A stretch of 64,000 bases of DNA, taken from positions 45,758 to 109,757 of IMG/VR virus record IMGVR_UViG_3300027759_000003; one strand, given 5' to 3'. Of this stretch, positions 18,973-29,714 are shown in pieces (position 1 is the first letter of the stretch; every line of letters begins with the position of its first letter). Source of the DNA: a virus. The position numbers and the translations under genes are program-made. The notes under the pieces were generated by a model. The model did not search any database, was not told the origin of the DNA, and saw only the letters and a program-made list of their open reading frames with translations.

Positions 18973-19665
18973 TTGATGGATTTTGTTTATATTTGTCGTG
19001 ATGGAGAAAATGAAGAGTTAAGATACTCCATTAGGTCTGTCTTGCTTAGTTTTCCAGAGGCAAAGGTTTGGGTCGTAGGTGGAAAGCCAAAATGGTATTC
19101 TGGCAATCATGTTTTTTTAGAACAAAATGATAACAAATATGCTAATGCTGTAAATAATTTAAAGGCTGTTTGCGATACTTCAGATATATCTGATAATTTT
19201 ATATTAATGAATGATGATTTTTTTATTATTAAAAAAATAGAAACAATAGAACAATTTTACAATGGGCTGTTGTCTGAAAAAATAGATAAATTTACAAAGA
19301 TTACTGGATCATCAATGTATATTAGAAAACTTATAACAACAAACAATAAATTAAACAAGTTGGGGTTTACAAAGCCATTAGACTATGAGTTACACGTACC
19401 AATGCCAATGCATAAAGCGGGATTACTTTATATATTAAATGAATATCCAGAATGTTTATGGAGATCAATGTATGGTAATTTATTTAATGTTGGGGGTAGT
19501 CAAATGGAAGATGTTAAAGTATATAAAAACAAAAGGCATGCTGCAAGATCAGCACAAATAACTAAAAATTCTATTTATTTATCAACAGAAGATACAGGTT
19601 TAACCATAATGGTTGATAATATATTTAAAGAATTACTAACAAACCCTAGTCCTTACGAGCAGTAA
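18973..19665 (+). CDS. Stealth-like sugar-phosphotransferase
   Basis: DFVY, EELRYSIRS, FILMNDDFF and HVPMP match Stealth conserved regions. Confidence 0.75.
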   Translation: MMDFVYICRDGENEELRYSIRSVLLSFPEAKVWVVGGKPKWYSGNHVFLEQNDNKYANAVNNLKAVCDTSDISDNFILMNDDFFIIKKIETIEQFYNGLLSEKIDKFTKITGSSMYIRKLITTNNKLNKLGFTKPLDYELHVPMPMHKAGLLYILNEYPECLWRSMYGNLFNVGGSQMEDVKVYKNKRHAARSAQITKNSIYLSTEDTGLTIMVDNIFKELLTNPSPYEQ

Positions 19666-19667
19666 TC

Positions 19668-20450
19668 CTACTCCCAATCGGCTATTTGATTATAGGTAAC
19701 AGAGTATTCTCCAGAGTATATTTCTGCATAGGAGATCATATCTTTGTTATATCGTGTTACAGTATTCTTATCTACTAAACCTGTTTTATATTTTTTACCA
19801 TGCATAATTGGCAAATGTTTTATATTTTCTGATGCCAATGAATTATTTAGTGCTTGTATATATCTAGTCTTGCCAAATTGTTTTGAAAGAAATGATTGTT
19901 TTGGATATTCTTTTTCTATCCACAGCCTTTCATTATGATCAGAAGGCTTTGGGTTTAACACTCTTTCTACTTCATTGTGATATATTCTTGTAGACCAACT
20001 CTTCATATTTCTTTCATAATTTATTAAATTTTTGTATGTAGAATCTGCGTAAGCCATAAAATTCTTATCAAGATCAGACGTAGGTACACCAGTTGCAAAT
20101 GTTATTAAAAAACAAGTAGCGTAAGGAAATTTATCCGTATATTTTATTACCTCAAAATGTAGGTTTGGATTAAAAGAATTAACAGAAATGTTGTCAGAAG
20201 TCAACCGCATATGGTTACCAATAGAGACAAACTCTGGCGTATTCATATCACAATCTACAAAAAGACAATCCTCTGGATTAATTCCATCAGCAATAGTTAA
20301 AATGTTTTTATCGTATGCCCCAACAACAACTGATCCATTGTATCGATTAATTAACTTAGCAGTCATAAATCCATCAATATCGGGAGAAACAATTAATTTT
20401 TTAGAGTATTCTAATGTATCTAATATGCTGGTTTTTAAATTAAATTCCAT
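19668..20450 (-). CDS. DHH-like phosphoesterase (divergent)
   Basis: SPDIDG, FVDCD, IGNH, YAD motifs. Confidence 0.5.
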   Translation of the reverse strand: MEFNLKTSILDTLEYSKKLIVSPDIDGFMTAKLINRYNGSVVVGAYDKNILTIADGINPEDCLFVDCDMNTPEFVSIGNHMRLTSDNISVNSFNPNLHFEVIKYTDKFPYATCFLITFATGVPTSDLDKNFMAYADSTYKNLINYERNMKSWSTRIYHNEVERVLNPKPSDHNERLWIEKEYPKQSFLSKQFGKTRYIQALNNSLASENIKHLPIMHGKKYKTGLVDKNTVTRYNKDMISYAEIYSGEYSVTYNQIADWE

Positions 20451-20712
20451 TATCTTCCATATACTTCAGCCGTTCCATTAGGGCCTGGTGCTCTGGATCA
20501 TTTAGCATCTCTTCAATAGACTCTTTTATGTTTGGTCTTAACTTACTTAATGGTTCCACATACCTTGGATCTTTTGTGACGGTATAAAGAAGTGATCGTA
20601 ATGCCTCACATTCATCATGCTTCCACCATGTATAGCAAACATCATCTTCTATGTTGGGGCAAAGGTAGTACTGGTCTTTAATGGTTTGAATTATTTCTTC
20701 TGCATTCATCAT
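20440..20712 (-). CDS. Hypothetical protein
   Basis: ORF track. Confidence 0.6.
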   Translation of the reverse strand: MMNAEEIIQTIKDQYYLCPNIEDDVCYTWWKHDECEALRSLLYTVTKDPRYVEPLSKLRPNIKESIEEMLNDPEHQALMERLKYMEDNGI

Positions 20713-20787
20713 TAGTCCTTAGTCATAAAGAATATTGCTGCAATAAAAATTATAAGAGCAGAAATTAAAGTGTTCTTAATAAAACTA

Positions 20788-21000
20788 TTAAATTTCATTT
20801 TGTCCCCTTGCTATGGCTGCAGATATTTCAAATGCTTTTGTTGTACGACGAGACTTATTAAGACCCTTAGCCTTCCAAAGATCGCTGGTGCCTTGAATAT
20901 CTTGAGCAATCTGTTCACGAATTTCTTTAACAGTTTCCACAATAAAATGCCAAATTTGTTCTTTGTGTTCATCTGATAGTTCTTCGGTCCAGTTACTCAT
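20788..21000 (-). CDS. Hypothetical protein
   Basis: ORF; EIREQIAQDI motif common in actinophage small proteins. Confidence 0.6.
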   Translation of the reverse strand: MSNWTEELSDEHKEQIWHFIVETVKEIREQIAQDIQGTSDLWKAKGLNKSRRTTKAFEISAAIARGQNEI

Positions 21001-21207
21001 TTTCTTCTTCAAACTCCCTTAATGCGTTAGAATTGTTTAAACAAAATCCACAATCACCATTAACTAATCTATTATTACAACTGTTACAATAATCATTCAT
21101 AAAAAGAATCAACTACCTTTGTCCATAGTTTCCAAAGACCAAGAGAAATTAAAAATGCAATAAATATACCAAGTAGTTTCCCCATATATCTAGTATATCA
21201 AACTATC

Positions 21208-21411
21208 TTAGATATAGTAAGTAGCCCATTTATTTTGTCCTTTTTCAAAAAGACTAGATATCTTAGCAAACATTCTTGCTCGTAATGCATGTTTTTTATC
21301 GTCAGCCCTAATCTCTTTAAGAAGAAAAAAGGTAAATACTGATCCACAGATATTTCCTATGAACCTTAAGAATATATTGTTAGTCTTTTCTTTTCTAATA
21401 AATTTTTTCAT
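21208..21411 (-). CDS. Small membrane protein
   Basis: ORF with one TM segment, preceded by a TATAAT. Confidence 0.5.
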   Translation of the reverse strand: MKKFIRKEKTNNIFLRFIGNICGSVFTFFLLKEIRADDKKHALRARMFAKISSLFEKGQNKWATYYI

Positions 21412-21737
21412 ATTTTTATTATACACCTAATTCCTTTTCTACCTTGCCCAAAATTCTATTTACCATAGCCTGTCTTTCGGCGGGATCTAAAGAAACCCCA
21501 TTATCCATCTCAGTCATAGTAACAGCCATCTGGACTATATCTTCATACTTCATTTATGCTCCTTCATATGATTAGTTAAGGTTTGCGAAGCCATGCTAGA
21601 CCTAGACTCTATCTCTTTTTTACACACTGAACAAATTATTATACGAGCCATATATTCAGTATATCAAAGTTTGAGAGGTTTGTAAAGTCAAAATAATGGT
21701 ATAATTTAGACATATACCACGGAGGTAATACCTTTTA

Positions 21738-22898
21738 ATGACTACCAAGAGTTTTAAAACAGGCTTATCCTTAGCGGTTGGTAACGCAAGTGCTGCTATT
21801 CCCAATTCTCCTACTATTGGCACTGCTACTACAACAGGAGCAACAACAGCAACTGTTACATATACCGCCGCAACTTTAGGTGCTCTTGGTTCTACATTTA
21901 CCGCTACATCAAGTCCAGGATCTGTTACTGGAACTGGTTCTTCACCTATTACGGTTAGTGGTTTGACTGGTGAAACAAATTATACTTTTACAGTCACCGC
22001 TACAAATTCTAATGGAACATCAGCAGCCTCTGCTGCAAGTAATCAAATTACTACTGATGCAAATACAGTAGTTGCCGATATGCTAATAATTGCAGGTGGA
22101 GGAAGTGGTGGAGCATATATCTATGGTGGAGGTGGAGGTGCTGGTGGATATGTAGAATCAAATTCTTATACATTAAGTTTATCTACAAATTACTCAATAA
22201 CTATTGGGGCAGGTGGTGCTGGTAATAAAAATAATAATGGCTCAAATGGAAGTAATACAACATTTGGTTCTATTTATACTGCTACTGGTGGTGGCGCTGG
22301 CGGAAGTTGGAACGCTGACAGAAACGGTCAAAATGGTGGTTCAGGTGGTGGCGGTGGTGAAAATAGTGGTTCTGGCAATGCAGGTTCTGCAACACAAGCA
22401 AGTTATGGTGGATTAGGTTTTGGTAATAATGGTGGAGTTTGGTCAGGCGGTTCTGCTGGTGGCGGTGGAGGTGCAGGTGGAATAGGCGGTGTTGGTGGAA
22501 CAGGTTATGCAAACTCTGCAGGTGGTGTTGGTAAATCATCTTCTATAACTGGAACTGCTACATATCGTGCTGCTGGTGGTGGTGGTTCTTCTAATGGGGG
22601 TACACCCTATGCTCTTGGCGGCAATGGCGGAGGTGGAAACGGTAGTAAATGGTTTAATGCCTCGCCTTTTCTTAATGCAACTAGTGGAGATGCTAACACT
22701 GGTAGTGGTGGTGGCGGTGATAATACACAAACTGTTGGTGCAGGTGGTGGCAATGGAGGCTCAGGTATTGTTATTTTAAGATATTTAAATTCAAAAACAA
22801 TTACAATAGGTGCAGGTCTAACAGGTAGCACAGCAATAGATGGTTCACATAAAGTAACCACAATAACTGCGGGTACTGGAAATGTGAGTTGGTCATAA
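21738..22898 (+). CDS. FN3 + glycine-rich-domain virion fibre/adhesin (triad A, member 1)
   Basis: SAAIPNSPTIGTAT-FN3, IIAGGG...GSGIVILRY glycine-rich domain. Confidence 0.85.
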   Translation: MTTKSFKTGLSLAVGNASAAIPNSPTIGTATTTGATTATVTYTAATLGALGSTFTATSSPGSVTGTGSSPITVSGLTGETNYTFTVTATNSNGTSAASAASNQITTDANTVVADMLIIAGGGSGGAYIYGGGGGAGGYVESNSYTLSLSTNYSITIGAGGAGNKNNNGSNGSNTTFGSIYTATGGGAGGSWNADRNGQNGGSGGGGGENSGSGNAGSATQASYGGLGFGNNGGVWSGGSAGGGGGAGGIGGVGGTGYANSAGGVGKSSSITGTATYRAAGGGGSSNGGTPYALGGNGGGGNGSKWFNASPFLNATSGDANTGSGGGGDNTQTVGAGGGNGGSGIVILRYLNSKTITIGAGLTGSTAIDGSHKVTTITAGTGNVSWS

Positions 22899-24883
22899 TG
22901 GCAATTAAAAGATTAGTTAATGACTCAAGTTTAGTAAATAGTTTTAGAGCCAGTAGAGGTCAATCTAGTGCAGCAATTCCTAATGCGCCTACTATTGGTA
23001 CAGCAACTGCTGTTACTGGTACTACAGCAACTGTTACTTATACCGCCGCAGTTTTAGGTGCTACAGCATCATCCTTTACAGCAACTTCTAATCCAGGATC
23101 ATTAACAGGTACTGGTTCTTCACCTATAACGGTTAGTGGTTTAGATGGTGAAACAAATTATACTTTTACAGTTTATGCAACTAATGCAAATGGTAACTCA
23201 ACGCAATCTGGTGCAAGTAATCAAATTACTACACCTGTTGCTACTTTATCTGTTGATTACTTAGTTGTCGCTGGCGGCGGCGGTGGTGGTGTTGGTGGCG
23301 GTGGCGCTGGTGGATATAGAACTTCTGTTGGCTCTGGTCAAGGTTCTCCTTTAACTATATCATTAAATGCTGATTACACTGTTATAGTAGGTGCTGGTGG
23401 CGCTACTTCAACATCAGGTATTAATTCAGTATTTTCTACAATTACATCTACTGGTGGTGGTAGAGGTGCAAGTGGAGTCTCTGTATTTGACGGTGGTTCA
23501 GGTGGTGGTGGTAGTAATGATGCTACTAATTATGGTTTAGGAAACACTCCAGCAACTTCACCTTCACAAGGTAATAATGGTGGCTCAAGATTTAATGGAC
23601 AAACTTCAGGCGGCGGCGGCGGTGCAGGTGCAGTAGGTGGTAATGCAAGCAATTCTACTACTGGTGGCCATGGTGGTGATGGTGCTGCTAACTCTATTAC
23701 TGGTTCTTCTGTAACTTATGCAGCAGGTGGTGGAGGTGGTGGTTGGGGTGGTGGTAGTTTTAACGTTTCTGGTGGTGGTAATGGTGGTAGTAGCGGTCTC
23801 GGCGGAAATGCTGAAAGAAACGGAGTCGTTGGGCAACCAGGAACAGTAAATACTGGTAGTGGCGGTGGCGGCGGATATTGGGTAAATGGTTTAGGTACAG
23901 GCGGCTCAGGAATTGTTGTAGCCCGATACTCAGGCACTGTACAAAAAGCAAGTGGTGGAGTGGTTACTACATCAGGTGGAAATACAATTCACACATTTAC
24001 CACATCTGGAAACTTTTTAACTTTATCATCTCCACTAGCAAAAGCAAGCGGTGGAGTTATATCTACTGATGGTACTTATTGGTATCACGCATTTTTATCT
24101 TCAGCAACATTTACTCCTACTCAATCATTAACTGCTGATGTATTAGTAGTTGCTGGTGGTGGCGGAGGAGGTACTTCTGATTCTGATACTGGCGGCTCTG
24201 GCGGTGGTGGTGCAGGTGCGCTTCGTTATTTTGCTTCACAATCATTAACCGCAACTGGATATTCTGTAACAGTTGGTGCTGGTGGTACTGCGGGTACAAC
24301 AAGTAATGTTGGTACTAATGGTATAAATTCACAGTTTGGTTCTTTATCTGCTTCATCAGGTGGCGGTTGCGGTGGTGGTGGTAATTCCCCTGGATATGGT
24401 GGAAGTAATGGTGGTTCAGGTGGTGGTGGTAAATCTAATACAGGTAATAATGGGGCTGGAACTGGAACTACAGGTGGCAATAATGGCGGTGGTGGCAATA
24501 ATGGCGGACAACGTGGTGGAGGTGGAGGTGGAGGAGCAGGTGCTGCTGGTACTGCTGGTGGATTTAGTGCGTCAGGTGCAGGTGGAATTGGGTTAAATAC
24601 ATATTCATCTTGGGCAAGTGCAACTGGAACTGGAGTAAGTGGTTATTATGCAGGCGGAGGCGGTGGCGGAGAAGGTGGTGCATCAGGTAATGGCGCTGGA
24701 CTTGGTGGAACGGGTGGAGGAGGTCGAGGCAATTCACATACTTCTGGAATTGCTGGTGCAGCGGGAACTGCAAATACTGGCGGCGGTGGAGGTGGCGGCG
24801 GAGGCAGTGCAAGCGTTGGTGGTTTATACCCAACAGGAAATGCTGGCGGTAGCGGTATAGTAATTATAAGATATGCAGTCTAA
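22898..24883 (+). CDS. FN3 + two glycine-rich domains (triad A, member 2)
   Basis: TAATG coupling; tandem Gly-rich domains. Confidence 0.85.
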   Translation: MAIKRLVNDSSLVNSFRASRGQSSAAIPNAPTIGTATAVTGTTATVTYTAAVLGATASSFTATSNPGSLTGTGSSPITVSGLDGETNYTFTVYATNANGNSTQSGASNQITTPVATLSVDYLVVAGGGGGGVGGGGAGGYRTSVGSGQGSPLTISLNADYTVIVGAGGATSTSGINSVFSTITSTGGGRGASGVSVFDGGSGGGGSNDATNYGLGNTPATSPSQGNNGGSRFNGQTSGGGGGAGAVGGNASNSTTGGHGGDGAANSITGSSVTYAAGGGGGGWGGGSFNVSGGGNGGSSGLGGNAERNGVVGQPGTVNTGSGGGGGYWVNGLGTGGSGIVVARYSGTVQKASGGVVTTSGGNTIHTFTTSGNFLTLSSPLAKASGGVISTDGTYWYHAFLSSATFTPTQSLTADVLVVAGGGGGGTSDSDTGGSGGGGAGALRYFASQSLTATGYSVTVGAGGTAGTTSNVGTNGINSQFGSLSASSGGGCGGGGNSPGYGGSNGGSGGGGKSNTGNNGAGTGTTGGNNGGGGNNGGQRGGGGGGGAGAAGTAGGFSASGAGGIGLNTYSSWASATGTGVSGYYAGGGGGGEGGASGNGAGLGGTGGGGRGNSHTSGIAGAAGTANTGGGGGGGGGSASVGGLYPTGNAGGSGIVIIRYAV

Positions 24884-24895
24884 CAAAGGAGAAAT

Positions 24896-25096
24896 ATGAA
24901 AAAAGATAACGCAACTAAAATAAAAGAAACAAAGACAACACAATGTTTTAGTTATGAAATAACAATGTTAGTACACGTTATTTCTGATACCGAAACAAAC
25001 GCTAAAGCACAATTAGACGAAAAAGGCGGTATTGTTACAAAACGTAATGTACAATTAGTTAATAAATCAACTCTCTACGGAGAAGAAACGGAATAA
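24896..25096 (+). CDS. Small protein, paralog of 29553-29714
   Basis: CFSYEITMLVH...LDEKGGIVTKR. Confidence 0.7.
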   Translation: MKKDNATKIKETKTTQCFSYEITMLVHVISDTETNAKAQLDEKGGIVTKRNVQLVNKSTLYGEETE

Positions 25097-25098
25097 TC

Positions 25099-25440
25099 AT
25101 GGGTCACTATGCAAAAATAGAAGACGGAATTGTTACACAGGTAATCGTTGCCGATGGACCAGACTGGTGTGAAAAAAACTTAGGTGGTGAATGGGTTCAA
25201 ACCTCATACAACACACACGGTGGAGTTCATTCAGGCGGTAAATTTGCTATCCACAAAAATTATGCAGGTATTGGATACACATTTGACGGTATTGGCTTTG
25301 CCGCACCTCAACCTTATCCATCTTGGACAAAAAATTTAAACACATACTTGTGGGAAGCACCAACCCCAATGCCAGTTGATGACAAAATCTATCGTTGGGA
25401 TGAAGACACAACCTCTTGGGTTGAAGTAACACAAGAATAA
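25099..25440 (+). CDS. Small fibre-associated protein (MxHYA family), paralog of 55590-55940
   Basis: HYA..IVTQVIV, QTSYN, YAGIGYT, PQPYPSW, WEAPTPMP. Confidence 0.8.
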   Translation: MGHYAKIEDGIVTQVIVADGPDWCEKNLGGEWVQTSYNTHGGVHSGGKFAIHKNYAGIGYTFDGIGFAAPQPYPSWTKNLNTYLWEAPTPMPVDDKIYRWDEDTTSWVEVTQE

Positions 25441-25455
25441 AAAAAAGGTATCTAA

Positions 25456-27417
25456 ATGGCAGCCAAAAGAGTAGTTACCAGTAGTAGTATAGCCAACAGT
25501 TTTAAGATGAGTGTTGGACAATCTTCTGCTGCCATTCCAAATTCCCCGACAATCGGCACTGCTACTGCTGTAACAGGAACTACTGCTACTGTTGCTTATA
25601 CTGCTGCCGTATTAGGGGCTACAGCATCATCCTTTACTGCTACATCTAATCCAGGATCACTTACTGGTACTGGTTCTTCACCTATAACGGTTAGTGGTTT
25701 GACTGGTGAAACAAATTATACTTTTACAGTTTATGCAACTAATGCAAATGGTAACTCAGCGCAATCTGGTGCAAGTAATCAAATTACTACTCCTACTGCA
25801 AACTTAATTATTGATGCTCTTGTTATTGCTGGCGGTGGTGGAGGTGGAAGTTATGGAACTAGTGGTGGCGGCGGCGCAGGCGGATTATTATATTTTAGTT
25901 CACAAACTCTATCTCCTGCATCTTATGTAATAACTGTTGGAGCAGGAGGTGCAGCAGCCACTAATGGATATGATTCACAATTTGGTGCGTTAACTTCGGC
26001 TATAGGTGGTGGAACAACTGGAACTAATGGTGGTTCTGGTGGTGGTGCTGGTGACACTGGTAACGCTGGCTCTGGTGTAGTTGGACAAGGAAACAACGGA
26101 GGATCTAGGGGTGGAAGCATTGGTTTAGGAGGAGGAGGTGGTGCAGGAGGTGCTGGCGGAAATGGTTCAGGTAATGGTGGTGTAGGTGGTGCTGGTGTAA
26201 ACACATATTCATCTTGGGCATCTGCAACTTCTACAGGTGTATCTGGATATTACGCTGGCGGCGGCGGTGGCGCTGGCCATTATAGTCAACAGGTTGGAGG
26301 TGCAGGTGGTTCAGGTGGAGGTGGAAATGGTGGTTCTGCTGACACAGTTGCTGCTACTTCTGGAGTTGCAAATACAGGTTCAGGTGGTGGTGGTGGTGCA
26401 TTTGCTGGTTATAGTCCTAGTCCACTTGGTGGTTCAGGTGGTTCAGGAATTGTTATAGTTCGTTATCAATCTGGTACACAAAAAGCATTAGGTGGAACAA
26501 TTACAACATCTGGAGGATATTATTATCATACATTTACTGCATCAGGTATTTTTCAAACAGAGTATTCAGTAGCAAAAGCAACTGGCGGATCAATAAATAC
26601 TGATGGTACTTATTGGTATCACACATTTACTGGTTCAGGTACATTTACTCCTACTCAATCATTAACTGCTGATTATTTGGTAGTAGCAGGCGGCGGCGGT
26701 GGAGGAAACATGGGCGGTGGCGGCGGAGCAGGTGGACTTCGTTCTACTGTTACTGCAACAGGCGGTGGCGGTTCATTAGAATCATCAGTATCTTTAATTA
26801 ACAATACAGCATACGCAATTTCTATTGGTGCAGGAGGAACTAGTTCAGTTCAACATAATATTTCTGGCGGTCAAGGTGTAAATTCATCAATTATTGGTGG
26901 AGCAATCTCTATTACATCTACAGGTGGCGGTGGTGGAGCAAGTTATGCTTCAAGCCCAAGTAGTGGTGGTTCAGGTGGCGGCGGCCAGCGTTCTAATGGT
27001 GCAGGAGCATCTGGAACACAATATCAGGGTTATGCAGGTGGTTCAGGTGGTGGATATAGCGGTGGTGATGATAGTCTTTCATCTGGCGGTGGCGGAGGCG
27101 GAGCAGGTACTATTGGTGGTTCATATAATTCTGGAATTACTAAAGCAGGTAATGGTGGTAACGGTGTTCAAATTACTGCATTATCAACACCAACTGGAAC
27201 TGGTAAAGACAGTGGCTATTACGCAGGTGGTGGTGGAGGTGGTGGATATAACTCAACCGCTGGGTCTGCAGGTCTTGGTGGAGTAGCAGGTGTAACTGGT
27301 GGCAATAATGGTATATCTGGAACTCCAAATACTGGTAGTGGCGGTGGAGGTGGCGGTACTGGAAGAAATGGCGGACCAGGCGGTAGCGGTATAGTAATAA
27401 TTAGGTATGCAGTCTAA
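25456..27417 (+). CDS. FN3 + two glycine-rich domains (triad A, member 3)
   Basis: Same architecture as 22898. Confidence 0.85.
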   Translation: MAAKRVVTSSSIANSFKMSVGQSSAAIPNSPTIGTATAVTGTTATVAYTAAVLGATASSFTATSNPGSLTGTGSSPITVSGLTGETNYTFTVYATNANGNSAQSGASNQITTPTANLIIDALVIAGGGGGGSYGTSGGGGAGGLLYFSSQTLSPASYVITVGAGGAAATNGYDSQFGALTSAIGGGTTGTNGGSGGGAGDTGNAGSGVVGQGNNGGSRGGSIGLGGGGGAGGAGGNGSGNGGVGGAGVNTYSSWASATSTGVSGYYAGGGGGAGHYSQQVGGAGGSGGGGNGGSADTVAATSGVANTGSGGGGGAFAGYSPSPLGGSGGSGIVIVRYQSGTQKALGGTITTSGGYYYHTFTASGIFQTEYSVAKATGGSINTDGTYWYHTFTGSGTFTPTQSLTADYLVVAGGGGGGNMGGGGGAGGLRSTVTATGGGGSLESSVSLINNTAYAISIGAGGTSSVQHNISGGQGVNSSIIGGAISITSTGGGGGASYASSPSSGGSGGGGQRSNGAGASGTQYQGYAGGSGGGYSGGDDSLSSGGGGGGAGTIGGSYNSGITKAGNGGNGVQITALSTPTGTGKDSGYYAGGGGGGGYNSTAGSAGLGGVAGVTGGNNGISGTPNTGSGGGGGGTGRNGGPGGSGIVIIRYAV

Positions 27418-27476
27418 TAAATAATAAAATAATGATACAATGTTTTTATAACTTTGATTTTTTTGAAGGGATTTAA

Positions 27477-29003
27477 ATGGCAGTCAACAACCTAAATAAG
27501 GTAAAAATTCCAGGTACTGGAACTACTGCTGCCCGTCCATCTAATCCTGCTGTAGGAGATACTTTTTATAACGGTACCCTCGGAAGATTAGAAATTTATA
27601 CATCACAAGGATGGATGGCTTTAAATGCCCCAGCAGCAACCCCTACAGGTGTAACAGCAACAGACGCAGGTTCTGGCAGGGCATACAATAATGGCTCTGC
27701 ATCAATAGCATTTACTCCAGCAACAGCAGGTGGTCTACCAACATCATATGTAGTTACATCATCTCCTGGCTCCTATACTGCGACGGGATCAGTAAGTCCA
27801 ATCATAGTATCAGGTCAACAATCTTCAACTCAATATACATATACAGTAGTAGCAAGCAATGACTTTGGAACAGCAACATCTTCTGCATCTAGTGCAGTTA
27901 CTGCAACTACCGTGCCACAGGCTCCTACAATTGGTGCTGTAACTGGTGGAAATGCTTTAGCAACAGTTGCCTATACAGCAGGTGCAACTGGTGGTTTATC
28001 TAATACTTATACTGCTACATCATCTCCAGGTGGACTTACTGGTACTGGTTCAAGTCCTATTACAGTTTCAGGATTAACTAATGGAACTTCATATACATTT
28101 ACAGTAACAGCAACAAATGCTAACGGAACATCAGCAGCAAGTGCTGCAAGTAGTTCAGTAACTCCTGTTGCAGAAATTTTAGTTGATTACCTTGTACTTG
28201 CAGGAGGCGGTGGCGGAGGCGGAGGCGGTGGTGGTGCAGGTGGATTGCGTTCTACTGTAACTGCAAGTGGTCGTGGTACCGCACCCGAATCCAATTTAAC
28301 TTTATTACCTTCAACTAATTATGCGGTTACAGTTGGTGCTGGCGGTGCTGGTGTTCTGGGTTACGAAGGAACTGGTGCTGGTGGTGGCATCGGAGCAAAC
28401 TCTGTATTTAGCACTATAACTTCTCTTGGTGGAGGCGGTGGCGGAAGCAACGCTAATTTTGGTACTAACGGTGGTTGTGGTGGTGGAGCGTGTTATTCAT
28501 CAGGTCAGTCAGGTCCAGGAGCAGGAACTGCTGGTCAAGGATTTGATGGTGGTCAAGATACAGTTGATATTGCCCCATATCCTGGTGCTGGTGGTGGAGG
28601 AACTGGTCAAGCAGGACAAGTGCCCCTTACTGCATCTGTCCCTGGTCCTGGAGGTAATGGTACGGCTGTATCAATTACTGGTACATCAGTTACGTATGGC
28701 GGCGGAGGCGGAGGTGGAATATATCCTTACTCTTCTACTGGTGCTCCTGGTGGTACTGGCGGAGGCGGAAGTTCAAGTGGTGGAGTAGGTGGCGACGGTA
28801 CTGTCAATCTTGGTGGTGGCGGTGGTGGAAATTCAAGAACTCAAACAGGTGGCAATGGCGGAGCAGGTGTAGTTATTCTTAGATACCCAGACACTTTTAC
28901 AATTTCAATTGGAGCAGGTTTAACAGGAACTACAAGTTCACCAAGTGGCGGATACAAAAGAACAACATTAACTGCAGGTACTGGAAATGTGAGTTGGGCA
29001 TAA
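27477..29003 (+). CDS. Fibre protein: GTTAARP docking domain, two FN3, glycine-rich domain
   Basis: GTTAARPSNPAVGDTFYNGTLGRLEIY motif; FN3 x2; Gly-rich C-terminus. Confidence 0.85.
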   Translation: MAVNNLNKVKIPGTGTTAARPSNPAVGDTFYNGTLGRLEIYTSQGWMALNAPAATPTGVTATDAGSGRAYNNGSASIAFTPATAGGLPTSYVVTSSPGSYTATGSVSPIIVSGQQSSTQYTYTVVASNDFGTATSSASSAVTATTVPQAPTIGAVTGGNALATVAYTAGATGGLSNTYTATSSPGGLTGTGSSPITVSGLTNGTSYTFTVTATNANGTSAASAASSSVTPVAEILVDYLVLAGGGGGGGGGGGAGGLRSTVTASGRGTAPESNLTLLPSTNYAVTVGAGGAGVLGYEGTGAGGGIGANSVFSTITSLGGGGGGSNANFGTNGGCGGGACYSSGQSGPGAGTAGQGFDGGQDTVDIAPYPGAGGGGTGQAGQVPLTASVPGPGGNGTAVSITGTSVTYGGGGGGGIYPYSSTGAPGGTGGGGSSSGGVGGDGTVNLGGGGGGNSRTQTGGNGGAGVVILRYPDTFTISIGAGLTGTTSSPSGGYKRTTLTAGTGNVSWA

Positions 29004-29052
29004 AGATTAATTAAATTGCCTTGTACCCTAAGATAGGGTATAATATAGTAAT

Positions 29053-29391
29053 ATGAGTTTTAAACTTAAAAGCATAATCTGGGTACAATCTGCATTAATC
29101 GTAATACTTTCTGTGTTCATGCTTTTTATGGGAGGGGATTTAAAACAATCTCGTAAAATGACCTTAGATCAATCCAACTACTGTATAAGATATACCAGTG
29201 ATATTATTGCAAGTAGCCGTCTTGATTTAATAAGAGAACAAGATGCCCATAGTCGGACGGTAGATAAAGCAAACTCTGTAATAGATGACATTGTTAATAG
29301 ATATAACTCACTTGTGGCACGGTATAACAAAAGCACTGGCGGAACTAATTACGATCCCCTTAACACATACTCATATAGGATAAGACCTTGA
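29053..29391 (+). CDS. Membrane-anchored coiled-coil protein
   Basis: N-terminal TM segment. Confidence 0.65.
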   Translation: MSFKLKSIIWVQSALIVILSVFMLFMGGDLKQSRKMTLDQSNYCIRYTSDIIASSRLDLIREQDAHSRTVDKANSVIDDIVNRYNSLVARYNKSTGGTNYDPLNTYSYRIRP

Positions 29392-29552
29392 TATGTGCCC
29401 TAACTGTAATTCTACACTAATCCCAATAATCTATGGCTATGTTAATCCCAAGTATGTGGATATGCATAAGCAAGGTTTGATATTGTTAGTATCTAAAACT
29501 TATCATACCAAACAAGATCCCAACTGGCACTGTGGGGTTTGTATGGAGTCTT

Positions 29553-29714
29553 TTAACCTTTAATCAGCGGTACTGAGTCAATAAGAGTTACCTTACGACT
29601 ACTTACATACCCACCATTCTTTTCTAATGTTTCTGCTGCTTTTGGCTCGGAATCTGAAAGTAAATGAATAATCATCTCTACTTTATAGGTATAACAAACT
29701 GTATCTTCTTCCAT
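29553..29714 (-). CDS. Small protein, paralog of 24896-25096
   Basis: Not in ORF track: MEEDTVCYTYKVEMIIHLLSDSEPKAAETLEKNGGYVSSRKVTL; GGGAG RBS. Confidence 0.7.
   Translation of the reverse strand: MEEDTVCYTYKVEMIIHLLSDSEPKAAETLEKNGGYVSSRKVTLIDSVPLIKG

Noticed and set aside
21738-29003. Mycobacterial PE_PGRS genes
   Set aside because: No PE domain, AT-rich codons, and FN3/phage context
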